This document shows, piece by piece, positions 36,305 to 45,452 of a stretch of DNA of 64,000 nt. Where the stretch lies: positions 2,023-66,022 of the forward strand of contig JBFIHG010000005.1 in NCBI GenBank assembly GCA_041601945.1. The letters run 5' to 3'. Within the stretch, counting starts at the first letter, position 1. Each line of letters begins with the position of its first letter. The notes under the pieces are model-generated. The model was not told where the DNA came from, searched no databases, and was given only the letters and a program-made list of their open reading frames with translations. Made by a program: the position numbers and the translations under genes. Source of the stretch: Porticoccaceae bacterium. GTDB lineage: Bacteria; Pseudomonadota; Gammaproteobacteria; Pseudomonadales; Porticoccaceae.

Positions 36305-36379
36305 CGTCGCAGGTAACACCGCAGGATTGTGTATCATAGGTATCCAGTCTCTCACCACTGTAAAACGGGAATTGTAACG

Positions 36380-37588
36380 CTAAAACTGTAAGGCCAGAAA
36401 AATAGCGCAAATCATTGCACCCATGGACGCGATGAGTAGCGGCACGGGTCGTTTTTTTTCGTCTCGCCAGAGGATACGCGCCAGCGCCAGATTAACCAGT
36501 GTGAAAACCGCCAGAATAGCGGCGCTGGTTATTTTTGCCAACGTCAACAAGGGCAGGGTCAGCGCCAGCACCAATATTGTCGCTCCCACCAGAACCGTCG
36601 CCACAAAAGGTGTGCGCGTGCGGGGATTGACGCTCGCCAGGAAGCGAGGTGCCAGTTGTCGATTGCCCATGCCGTACAGTACGCGGGCAACCATAATAAT
36701 TTGCATAAATGCGCCGTTGATGATTGCAATCAGGCCAATACCCGCAATTACGGACGTTGGAATCGCCGTGTTGCGCGCCACCACCAGCGCCAGGGGCGCT
36801 TCCGAGCGGACTAATTCCGCAAGGGGTACTGCGGCCAGGGTGGCCAGTGCTACCAGGACGTACAAAATCCCCGTGATAAGCAGTGCCAGAAAAACCCCCC
36901 GGGGCAAATTCTTTTCTGGTCGCTTAACTTCCTCGGCCAGATTGACCATGTCTTCGAAACCAATCAGGGCGAAAAATGCCAGAAACGCCCCTGCGCCAAT
37001 GCCGTGCCATGCTTCAGGTCGAGGCAGTAGATAGGTGTGGGGTTGAGACAGTAATTCTCCCAACCCTCCGGAACCGGCGATAATAACCATCAGCAGGCCC
37101 GCCAGTTCGAGTACGGTGGTGGTGACGGCAATCGACATTGACAGACGTATGCCGCTGGCTGCGATAACCGTCATGGCAATCACCAGGGCGGCAATAATCA
37201 CGCCGCTGGGAATGGTCAGGAACAGGGCTAAATAGCCGACAAATCCGTTGGCGAGGGTGGCGGCGGTGACTACACCGGCAAACGCGATGGTCAGCCCGAC
37301 CGCGCTGGCCAGATGCCGCGAGCCAAAGGCTTCGAGTGCGTAGATCGCGGCACCGGCACTCACGGGAAAACGTTGTGCAAGTTGGCTGTAGGAATACGCA
37401 CTAAGACTCGCCACAATGACTGCCACCAGAAAGCTGACGGCAAGGTAGGAGCCGCTGGCAACGGCGACTTCACCGATTAAAACGTAAATGCCCGCACCCA
37501 CAATAGTGCCCACACCATACAACGTAATTTGGGTAAGGCCGACCGTGCGCAGCAGGGGTGTTTCGGGTGGGGCGCCAGTGTTTGACAT
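36380..37588 (-). CDS. APC-superfamily amino acid permease
   Basis: A 402-aa protein that is hydrophobic throughout. The N-terminal GLTQITLYGVGTIVGAGIYVLIG is typical of APC transporters. Confidence 0.8.
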   Translation of the reverse strand: MSNTGAPPETPLLRTVGLTQITLYGVGTIVGAGIYVLIGEVAVASGSYLAVSFLVAVIVASLSAYSYSQLAQRFPVSAGAAIYALEAFGSRHLASAVGLTIAFAGVVTAATLANGFVGYLALFLTIPSGVIIAALVIAMTVIAASGIRLSMSIAVTTTVLELAGLLMVIIAGSGGLGELLSQPHTYLLPRPEAWHGIGAGAFLAFFALIGFEDMVNLAEEVKRPEKNLPRGVFLALLITGILYVLVALATLAAVPLAELVRSEAPLALVVARNTAIPTSVIAGIGLIAIINGAFMQIIMVARVLYGMGNRQLAPRFLASVNPRTRTPFVATVLVGATILVLALTLPLLTLAKITSAAILAVFTLVNLALARILWRDEKKRPVPLLIASMGAMICAIFLALQF

Positions 37589-37688
37589 GGGTGAACGGCT
37601 TCTGTCAGTTTTGAGGTTTACGGGTTTCCGCTATCATGCTGCGGTACACTGCGCGGGTCAAAGATTGGTTTGCAAAGGTAACGCCGGT

Positions 37689-38507
37689 ATGACGACACAG
37701 CGGGAAACATTACGCACCAGATTGAGCGTAATTATTTTTGGCACCGACACGCCCGCTGGGCGGGCGTTCGACGTGGCGCTCATTTACGCAATAATTATCA
37801 GTGTCGCGGCGGTAATGCTCGATTCCGTGGCTGCGTTGCATGACCGGTTTGGCACTATATTTTTTGTCACGGAGTGGGTTTTCACACTACTGTTTACCGT
37901 TGAATATTTTTTACGGGTCTATGTCTCTGAACGTCCGCTGCGCTACATCTTCAGTTTTTTTGGCATTGTCGACCTGATATCAGTCCTTCCTTCTTACCTG
38001 GCGCTAGTCGTGGTCGGCGCAAACTATTTGCTGATTATCAGACTGGTGCGGGTACTGCGGGTGTTCCGCATTCTCAAACTGGTGCGCTACACGGCGGAAG
38101 CCAACGTGCTGATGCGTTCGCTGTACGCAGCGCGGCGCAAGATATTCGTATTTTTTTCTGGTGTCATTGTGTTGAGTTGCATTTTTGGCAGCTTGATGTT
38201 CGTGCTGGAGGGGCCGGAAAATGGCTTCACCAGTATCCCCAAAAGTATTTACTGGACCATTGTGACCATCACCACCGTCGGTTATGGGGATATCTCACCG
38301 CACACGGTGCTTGGACAACTGGTGTCGACCTTGGCCATGCTGACCGGCTATTCAATTATTGCCATTCCTACAGGTATTATTACCGCCGAGCTGGCGTCCG
38401 AAATAGGACGCGACAAACAGGAGCGAATCTGTCGCAACTGCGGTCGACGCGGACATGAGGTAGATGCGATTCATTGCAAGTTTTGCGGGGTCGACCTGTA
38501 CCGCTGA
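37689..38507 (+). CDS. voltage-gated K+ channel (6TM Kv type) with a C-terminal CxxC...CxxC zinc-ribbon tail
   Basis: The S4 helix is IIRLVRVLRVFRILKLVRY and the selectivity filter is TITTVGYGD. The tail is CRNCGRRGHEVDAIHCKFCG. ATG 37689 is the first Met before the channel homology; the ORF opens at 37488. Confidence 0.85.
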   Translation: MTTQRETLRTRLSVIIFGTDTPAGRAFDVALIYAIIISVAAVMLDSVAALHDRFGTIFFVTEWVFTLLFTVEYFLRVYVSERPLRYIFSFFGIVDLISVLPSYLALVVVGANYLLIIRLVRVLRVFRILKLVRYTAEANVLMRSLYAARRKIFVFFSGVIVLSCIFGSLMFVLEGPENGFTSIPKSIYWTIVTITTVGYGDISPHTVLGQLVSTLAMLTGYSIIAIPTGIITAELASEIGRDKQERICRNCGRRGHEVDAIHCKFCGVDLYR

Positions 38508-38629
38508 TGAGTTAAAGAACAGCGCATTCGCTGTTCCGTAAAGCGCTTGATGCGTTATTGAAGCGTTCTCGCTCCGAGTGTTTAATACATGTGTTGCGTG
38601 TGAAATACATATTTTTGGGGAAGGGCGGT

Positions 38630-40549
38630 ATGGGGCATAAAGAGGGTGACAACGTGGGTAATTACGCACAGGTGTATAGGGCAGCGCAGAGCGACCCGGC
38701 CGCCTTCTGGGGAGCGGCCGCTGAGGCAGTGTCCTGGTATCGTAAACCCGAACAAATCCTCGACGACAAAAATGCGCCTTTCCTGAGCTGGTTTCCCGAC
38801 GGAGTGACTAACGCCTGCTACAACGCACTGGATCGCCATGTGGAGGGTAGCCGGGCCGAACAGACTGCGTTAATTTACGACAGCCCGCTCACTGGTACCA
38901 AGCAGCAGTTTACCTATCGCCAACTGCTGGAACGCGTATCCCGCTTTGCTGGAGCTTTGCAGGAGCGGGGGGTTGAACGGGGTGATCGCGTCATCATTTA
39001 TATGCCGATGGTGCCCGAAGCGGCGATAGCCATGTTGGCCTGCGCGCGCATCGGCGCCGTGCACTCGGTGGTGTTTGGTGGTTTTGCGGCCCACGAGTTG
39101 GCGGTGCGGATCGACGATGTGGGCGCAACTGTGGTGGTGAGTGCTTCCTGCGGTATCGAGCCGGGTCGCCTGGTCGCTTACAAGCCGCTCCTCGACGAAG
39201 CCATTAGCCTGGCTAAAAACAAACCCCACGCCTGTATTATCCTGCAACGGGAGCAACAGCCGGCACAGATGATCGCCGGTCGCGATTACGACTGGATGAC
39301 TGTAGAAAATGCGGCGCAGCTCGTGGACTGTGTACCCGTAGCGGCGACCGATCCTCTGTATGTGTTGTATACCTCTGGCACCACCGGGCAGCCCAAAGGT
39401 GTGGTGCGCGATACTGGCGGCACTATTGTGTCACTGCAGTGGAGCATGCGGCATGTGTACGGTGTGGAGCCTGGTGATGTGTTTTGGGCCGCGTCCGACG
39501 TCGGCTGGGTGGTGGGGCATTCCTATATCGTCTACGGGCCACTGTTTAATGGCAGCACGTCAATTCTGTACGAAGGGAAACCGGTGGGTACGCCCGACCC
39601 AGGTGCTTATTGGCGGGTGATTGCGGAGTACGGGGTGAAAGCGTTTTTTACTGCGCCGACCGCCTTTCGTGCCATCAAAAAAGAAGACCCCCGCGGCGAA
39701 CACATTGGCAAATACGATTTATCTAAATTTGAAGCGCTGTTCCTGGCGGGCGAGCGCTGCGATCCTGATACGTTAAGTTGGGCGCAGGACAACTTACGGG
39801 TACCGGTTATCGATCACTGGTGGCAGACCGAGCTCGGTTGGCCTGCCTGCAGTAATTGCCGGGGTATCGAGTTGTTACCAGTGGTGGCGGGGTCGCCGTC
39901 CAAACCGGTTCCGGGTTTTGATTTACATGTGCTCGATGACGCGGGTCGCCCAGTGCCCGCCGGTACCATTGGCGCGTTAGTGATTAAATTGCCGTTGCCG
40001 CCCGGCACATTTACCACGCTATGGCAGAACGACGATCGATTTGTTGCCTCCTATTTCGCCAATTTCCCCGGCTATTATGAAACTGGTGACGCGGGCTATA
40101 TCGACGCTGATGGCTATGTGTTTGTCATGGCGCGCACCGACGATGTGATCAACGTAGCGGGTCATCGGTTATCCACGGGTGCGATGGAAGAGGTCCTGGC
40201 GTCCCACCCGGATGTTGCCGAGTGTGCGGTGATCGGGGTGACCGATGACATGAAAGGCCAGTTGCCCCTGGGCATGGCGGTTCTCAACGACGGGGTTAAC
40301 CGCGATGGCGGCGAGATTTGCGCAGAACTTATCGGCCGGGTTAGAGAACAAATTGGTCCGGTGGCTGCGTTCAAATTGTGCACGCTGGTCAAGCGTCTAC
40401 CCAAAACCCGTTCCGGGAAAATACTGCGGGCCACCATGCGCAGTATTGCCGATGGGGAATCATGGAAAATGCCAGCGACCATTGACGATCCGGTGATACT
40501 GGATGAGATTGCTGAAAATTTATTGGCTCTGGGTTACCCGCGCAGTTAG
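38630..40549 (+). CDS. prpE: propionate--CoA ligase-like AMP-forming acyl-CoA synthetase
   Basis: It appears collinear with E. coli PrpE as I recall that sequence. Shared segments are DPAAFW, ACARIGAVHSVVFGGFA, YTSGTTGQPKGV, GWVVGHSYIVYGPL and LPKTRSGKILR. The start is ATG 38630; the ORF opens at 38558. Confidence 0.8.
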   Translation: MGHKEGDNVGNYAQVYRAAQSDPAAFWGAAAEAVSWYRKPEQILDDKNAPFLSWFPDGVTNACYNALDRHVEGSRAEQTALIYDSPLTGTKQQFTYRQLLERVSRFAGALQERGVERGDRVIIYMPMVPEAAIAMLACARIGAVHSVVFGGFAAHELAVRIDDVGATVVVSASCGIEPGRLVAYKPLLDEAISLAKNKPHACIILQREQQPAQMIAGRDYDWMTVENAAQLVDCVPVAATDPLYVLYTSGTTGQPKGVVRDTGGTIVSLQWSMRHVYGVEPGDVFWAASDVGWVVGHSYIVYGPLFNGSTSILYEGKPVGTPDPGAYWRVIAEYGVKAFFTAPTAFRAIKKEDPRGEHIGKYDLSKFEALFLAGERCDPDTLSWAQDNLRVPVIDHWWQTELGWPACSNCRGIELLPVVAGSPSKPVPGFDLHVLDDAGRPVPAGTIGALVIKLPLPPGTFTTLWQNDDRFVASYFANFPGYYETGDAGYIDADGYVFVMARTDDVINVAGHRLSTGAMEEVLASHPDVAECAVIGVTDDMKGQLPLGMAVLNDGVNRDGGEICAELIGRVREQIGPVAAFKLCTLVKRLPKTRSGKILRATMRSIADGESWKMPATIDDPVILDEIAENLLALGYPRS

Positions 40550-40642
40550 AACAATCTCGAAGCAGCAAAGAGATTAGCGTAAAAATAAAACGCTCTGGTG
40601 TACGCAGATGGGTATTTATTCAGTTATTGCGTAATTAGTTAT

Positions 40643-40671
40643 TTACAGGCCGCGGTGGTTTCCGGTATAAA
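40643..40671 (+). promoter_or_regulatory. candidate sigma70 promoter of the flavoprotein-korAB operon
   Basis: TTACAG (40643-40648), a 17-nt spacer, then TATAAA (40666-40671). It lies inside the N-terminal extension of ORF 40598..42520, which argues for the downstream start at 40742. Confidence 0.4.
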
Positions 40672-40741
40672 TGGACGGACCATTTTATACGCTGATGGTC
40701 GGCGCAAAAAAAATTCCTCGACGACCTCCGGAGGTTTGAGG

Positions 40742-42520
40742 TTGAAGCCGACAAATATTAAAGATCCCGAGTATTTTCACCAGGTGGTGGATTGCCAATA
40801 CGCCTGTCCCGCACATACTCCCGTACCCGAATACATACGCCTTATCGCGGCGGGGCGTTACACCGACGCCTATATGGTGAACTGGGAGTCCAATGTATTC
40901 CCCGGTATTTTGGGGCGCACCTGTGATCGCCCCTGCGAACCGGCCTGCCGTCGTGGACGCCTGGAGCAGGAGCCGGTAGCCATTTGCCGCCTGAAAAGAG
41001 TGGCGGCTGATAATAAGGACGACATTACGTCGCGCTTGCCGTCCGTGCCCACCAAAAAAAATGGTAAGCGCATCGCCCTTGTGGGTGCTGGCCCCGCTGC
41101 ATTGACGGTAGCCCGCGACCTCGCACCGCTCGGTTACGAGTTGCATGTGTTCGACGCGCAAAAAGCTGGCGGCGGATTTATGCGCAGTCAGATTCCTGCG
41201 TTCCGGTTACCGGAATCCGTCCTCGACGAGGAGGTAGGTTATATCCTCGATATGGGCGTTGCCGCGCATTTTGATACCTATGTGGAGAGCTTGAAGGAGC
41301 TACTTGATAAAAATTACGACGCGGTCTTCGTCGGTTCCGGGGCTCCCCGTGGACGGGATTTAAAAAACCTGCCGGGTCGCCAAGCGGGTGATGCAGCTAT
41401 TCATATCGGCATTGACTGGCTGGGTAGTGTCGCGTTTGGACACGTTACGCAGATTGGTAAAAAGGTAATTGTTCTCGGGGGTGGCAACACGGCCATGGAC
41501 TGTTGCCGCACAGCGCGACGCCTGGGCGGCGAAGAAGTGAAAGTGATAGTACGCAGCCCCTTTGCGGATATGAAAGCATCGCCCTGGGAAAAAAAAGATG
41601 CAATCAGCGAAGATATTCCCATTATCGACAACCATGTGCCGGTTGAGTTTGTTGTCGAAAATGAGTGCCTGGTGGGCATGAAATTCGAGAAAGTCGCTGC
41701 CGAGTACGATGCCAAAGGCCGGCGATCTCTGGTACCCACCGGGGAAGATCTGGTGTTTGTCCCTTGCGATGCGGTGCTGGTAGCGATTGGCCAGGAAAAC
41801 TCCTTTCCCTGGATCGAACGGGATATCGGCATCGTGTTTGACAAATGGGGTATGCCGCAGCTCGACGCTGCCACCTTCCAGTCCAGCAACCCCAGAGTGT
41901 TCTTTGGTGGCGATGCTGCGTTTGGTCCAGAAAATATTATTACTGCGGTGGCCCATGGCCATCAGGCGGCCGTGTCCATTGATTTATTCTGTCGCGGTGA
42001 AGATGTGACACAACGGCTGGCACCCGGGGTCAGTCTGGTCACGCAGAAAATGGGTATTCACGAGTGGAGTTACGACAGCAAGATTGAGGACGATCCGCGC
42101 TTTCTTGTACCCCATGCAGAAAAGCGCGCTTCCCTGTCCGACCGGAAGCTCGAGGTCGAACTGGGATTTGACGTGGCGACGGCCTTTAAAGAGGCCCAGC
42201 GCTGTCTGAATTGCGACGTGCAAACTGTGTTTTCGGAAGTGCGTTGCATCGAGTGCGATGCCTGTGTGGATATTTGCCCAACCGATTGCATAAACTTTAT
42301 CGACAACGAAGATGAGCCGGTACTGCGTGAGCAATTACGGGTGCCCGCGCGTAATCAGCAACAGCTCCTGTATGTCTCCGAGCAGCTGCCAACTCAGCGA
42401 GTGATGGTCAAGGACGAAAATGTTTGTTTGCATTGTGGTTTGTGTGCCGAGCGCTGCCCTACGGCAGCATGGGATATGCAGAAATTTCTGTATCAGGTGA
42501 GTAAGGCCAGCGCCCTATGA
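40742..42520 (+). CDS. GltD-like FAD/NAD(P)H oxidoreductase fused to a 2x[4Fe-4S] ferredoxin domain
   Basis: The N-terminal Fe-S region is CQYACPAHTPVP...CDRPCEPACRRG. The dinucleotide folds are IALVGAGPAALTVA and VIVLGGGNTAMDC. The C-terminus carries CLNCDV...CIECDACVDICP and CLHCGLCAERCP. TTG 40742 sits 7 nt after GGAGG, but the start is uncertain. Confidence 0.75.
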   Translation: MKPTNIKDPEYFHQVVDCQYACPAHTPVPEYIRLIAAGRYTDAYMVNWESNVFPGILGRTCDRPCEPACRRGRLEQEPVAICRLKRVAADNKDDITSRLPSVPTKKNGKRIALVGAGPAALTVARDLAPLGYELHVFDAQKAGGGFMRSQIPAFRLPESVLDEEVGYILDMGVAAHFDTYVESLKELLDKNYDAVFVGSGAPRGRDLKNLPGRQAGDAAIHIGIDWLGSVAFGHVTQIGKKVIVLGGGNTAMDCCRTARRLGGEEVKVIVRSPFADMKASPWEKKDAISEDIPIIDNHVPVEFVVENECLVGMKFEKVAAEYDAKGRRSLVPTGEDLVFVPCDAVLVAIGQENSFPWIERDIGIVFDKWGMPQLDAATFQSSNPRVFFGGDAAFGPENIITAVAHGHQAAVSIDLFCRGEDVTQRLAPGVSLVTQKMGIHEWSYDSKIEDDPRFLVPHAEKRASLSDRKLEVELGFDVATAFKEAQRCLNCDVQTVFSEVRCIECDACVDICPTDCINFIDNEDEPVLREQLRVPARNQQQLLYVSEQLPTQRVMVKDENVCLHCGLCAERCPTAAWDMQKFLYQVSKASAL

Positions 42521-44370
42521 AACCCATCAAATCAGTTAATGATTTTGTAATTCGTTTCGCCAATGTCAATGGCACCGGATCGGCCAGCGCAAACAATATG
42601 TTTGTGAAGTCGGTATTTCGCATGGGTGTGCCGGTCAGTCCCAAAAATATTTTCCCCTCCAACATTCAGGGGCTGCCCACCTGGTACGAGGTGCGGGTGT
42701 GCGAACAGGGCTATATCGGCAGTCGCGGTGGCGTGGATATTGCGGTGTGTATGAATCCGCAGAGTATGGCGCAGGATATCAGCACCGTGGAGGCGGGTGG
42801 CTATGTGGTCTACGACAGCTCCAAACCGATGGATTTGCGGATGCACCGCGAAGACATCACTTTTATCGGTTTGCCGCTGACCGAGATTTGTCGCAACGAA
42901 TACAGCGATCCGCGTCAGCGGCAATTGTTTAAGAACGTCATTTATATTGGCGCGCTGTCTGCATTATTGAATATTGAGTTTGGCGTACTGAAAGATTTGG
43001 TCGGAGATCAGTTTCGCGGCAAGGAAAAATTGATCGCGCCCAATATACACGCGCTGGAACTGGGCTATCAATACGCCCGGGAAAAATTTAAATGTCCACT
43101 TGGTATTCACCTTGAACGTCGCGACCTGGTGGGCGATAAAATATTGATTGAGGGCAACGATGCGCTGGCGCTGGGCGCGATTTACGGCGGAGCGACAGTG
43201 GTTGCCTGGTATCCGATCACGCCATCCACTTCGGTTGTCGACGCCTTTGAAAAATACGCCAAGCGCCTGCGCATAGACGCCGGTAGCGGCGATCGCAAAT
43301 TCGCAATTGCCCAGGCCGAGGATGAGCTGGCGGCGATTGGCATGGTGATCGGCGCGGGCTGGATGGGAGCGAGGGCGTTTACTGCAACTTCCGGTCCGGG
43401 CTTGTCGTTGATGAGCGAGTTTCTCGGTCTGGCTTATTTCGCAGAAGTGCCGGCGGTGTTATTCGATATTCAGCGTGCTGGACCGTCCACCGGGATGCCG
43501 ACGCGCACGCAACAATCGGATATCTTATCTGCGGCCTATGCTTCCCACGGTGATACCCGCCACGTATTGCTGTTTCCCGCAGATCCAGCAGAATGTTTTG
43601 ATATGGGTGCCACCAGCTTTGATCTCGCTGAACAACTACAGACACCGGTTATTGTATTGTCCGACCTGGATCTCGGCATGAATGATTACATGTCGGAGCC
43701 TCTGAGCTGGAACGGTAAAAAGAACTATCGGCGCGGTAAGGTGCTGGATAGCGGTCAGCTCGAAAAACTCACTGAGCGTTACGGGCGTTACCTGGATGTA
43801 GACGACGACGGCATCTGCTATCGCACATTGCCCGGTACGCACCCCAGCAAAGGCGTGTTTTTTACCCGCGGCACGTCGCGTGACGAATATGCCCAGTACA
43901 CTGAATCCGGTGAAGCCTATGTACGCAATATGGAACGGCTGCTGAAAAAATTTGAAACGGCAAAGAGCTACGTTCCGGGTCCTGAATTTTATGCCGCCGC
44001 CAAGTCCACCAATGACGGTATGATTTTTTTTGGCACCAGTACGCAAAGTTGTCTGGAAGCGCTGGACGGACTCGCCGCAGAGGGCATTCACTGTGATGGT
44101 ATGCGGCTGCGGGCGTTTCCATTCAACGCTGAAGTGGAAGATTTTATTGCCAACCATGATCGCATCTTTGTTGTGGAACAGAATCGCGATGGACAAATGC
44201 GCAAATTACTGATTGTGGAGTGCGAAGTAGACCCGAAAAAACTGGTAGCGATGACCCATTACGACGGTATGCCGATAACCGCACGCAAAATTGTTGGCGA
44301 GGTACGTCACGCTGTTGGTGGGGCAACCGTGACGCCCATTCGGCGCAAAAAAGCGGGAGAAAAATCATGA
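42517..44370 (+). CDS. korA: 2-oxoacid:acceptor (ferredoxin) oxidoreductase alpha subunit
   Basis: A 617-aa protein with FVIRFANVNGTGSASANNMF at the N-terminus and WYPITPST in the middle. Its ATG overlaps the upstream stop (ATGA at 42517-42520). Confidence 0.85.
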   Translation: MKPIKSVNDFVIRFANVNGTGSASANNMFVKSVFRMGVPVSPKNIFPSNIQGLPTWYEVRVCEQGYIGSRGGVDIAVCMNPQSMAQDISTVEAGGYVVYDSSKPMDLRMHREDITFIGLPLTEICRNEYSDPRQRQLFKNVIYIGALSALLNIEFGVLKDLVGDQFRGKEKLIAPNIHALELGYQYAREKFKCPLGIHLERRDLVGDKILIEGNDALALGAIYGGATVVAWYPITPSTSVVDAFEKYAKRLRIDAGSGDRKFAIAQAEDELAAIGMVIGAGWMGARAFTATSGPGLSLMSEFLGLAYFAEVPAVLFDIQRAGPSTGMPTRTQQSDILSAAYASHGDTRHVLLFPADPAECFDMGATSFDLAEQLQTPVIVLSDLDLGMNDYMSEPLSWNGKKNYRRGKVLDSGQLEKLTERYGRYLDVDDDGICYRTLPGTHPSKGVFFTRGTSRDEYAQYTESGEAYVRNMERLLKKFETAKSYVPGPEFYAAAKSTNDGMIFFGTSTQSCLEALDGLAAEGIHCDGMRLRAFPFNAEVEDFIANHDRIFVVEQNRDGQMRKLLIVECEVDPKKLVAMTHYDGMPITARKIVGEVRHAVGGATVTPIRRKKAGEKS

Positions 44371-45416
44371 GTTACTTGCGACCTAACTTTCGCCATCCCG
44401 AGCTGCCGGCTAATGAAAAGGGTTACACCAAACGGCACTATGAAGGAGCGATTTCGACACTTTGTGCGGGGTGTGGCCACGACTCAGTGAGTGGCGCGAT
44501 TATTCAGTCCTGTTATGAGATGGCTATCGAACCGCATCGTATCGCAAAAATTTCCGGTATTGGTTGTTCGTCGAAAACGCCTACGTATTTTCTGGGAAAC
44601 TCCCACGGATTTAATTCAGTGCACGGGCGCATGCCGTCCGTGGCGACCGGCGCTAATCTCGCTAATCGGGATATGATTTATATCGGCGTTTCAGGCGACG
44701 GTGACAGTGCATCCATCGGGCTTGGTCAGTTTGCCCATGTTGCGCGACGCAATTTGAATATGCTGTACCTGGTGGAAAACAACGGTTGCTACGGTCTCAC
44801 CAAAGGGCAGGATTCCGCGACTGCCGACGTGGGTTCCGCCAGCAAGAAGGGCGAACCAAATCCCTATGAACCTATCGATCTGTGCGCGCTGGCGTTGCAG
44901 GCTGGCGCCTCGTTTGTCGCCCGTAGTTTTTCAGGTGATAAGGACCAGCTGATACCGCTGATCAAGGCGGCCATCGCGCATACTGGTTTTGCATTTATCG
45001 ATGTCATTTCCCCCTGTGTTACGTTTAACAACACAGCCAGCTCCACGAAGGGATACGAGTTTGCCCGCAGCCACATCGAAGCGACGGGAAAAATTGATTT
45101 TGTGCCATTGCGTAAGGAAATCACCGCTGACTACGCACCCGGATTTACCCAGGAAATTACCCTGCACGACGGTTCGGTAATCCATCTGTACAAGCAGGAG
45201 GAGCTTGATTGTCATGATCGTAATGGTGCTCTCGCCGCCATTCAGGACTACGCTGGCCGCGGACAAATTCTGACTGGTCTACTGTACATTGATCCCGATA
45301 CGCGGGATTTTCACGATAATCAAAAAACTATTAAAAAACCGCTGGTTGATCTCGGCCAGAGCGAACTGTGTCCGGGCAACCGAGCGCTCAAAGCCATTAA
45401 CGCCAGTTTGCGCTAA
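44367..45416 (+). CDS. korB: 2-oxoacid:acceptor (ferredoxin) oxidoreductase beta subunit (TPP-binding)
   Basis: It starts MSYLRPNFRH, then CAGCGHDS, then the TPP motif GVSGDGDSASIGLGQF...VENNGCYGLTKGQ. There is an ATGA overlap with korA (44367-44370). The ORF opens upstream at 44220. Confidence 0.85.
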   Translation: MSYLRPNFRHPELPANEKGYTKRHYEGAISTLCAGCGHDSVSGAIIQSCYEMAIEPHRIAKISGIGCSSKTPTYFLGNSHGFNSVHGRMPSVATGANLANRDMIYIGVSGDGDSASIGLGQFAHVARRNLNMLYLVENNGCYGLTKGQDSATADVGSASKKGEPNPYEPIDLCALALQAGASFVARSFSGDKDQLIPLIKAAIAHTGFAFIDVISPCVTFNNTASSTKGYEFARSHIEATGKIDFVPLRKEITADYAPGFTQEITLHDGSVIHLYKQEELDCHDRNGALAAIQDYAGRGQILTGLLYIDPDTRDFHDNQKTIKKPLVDLGQSELCPGNRALKAINASLR

Positions 45417-45452
45417 ACTTTAGCGCGAATCGTTAACACGGGTGGTTGGTAC

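Noticed and set aside
40598-40741. The upstream extension of the GltD-like ORF (MYADGYLFSYCVISYLQAAVV...).
   Set aside because: The region is AT-rich and contains a good -35/-10 pair (40643-40671). A GGAGG sits 7 nt before the TTG at 40742. Family homology starts only after that point.
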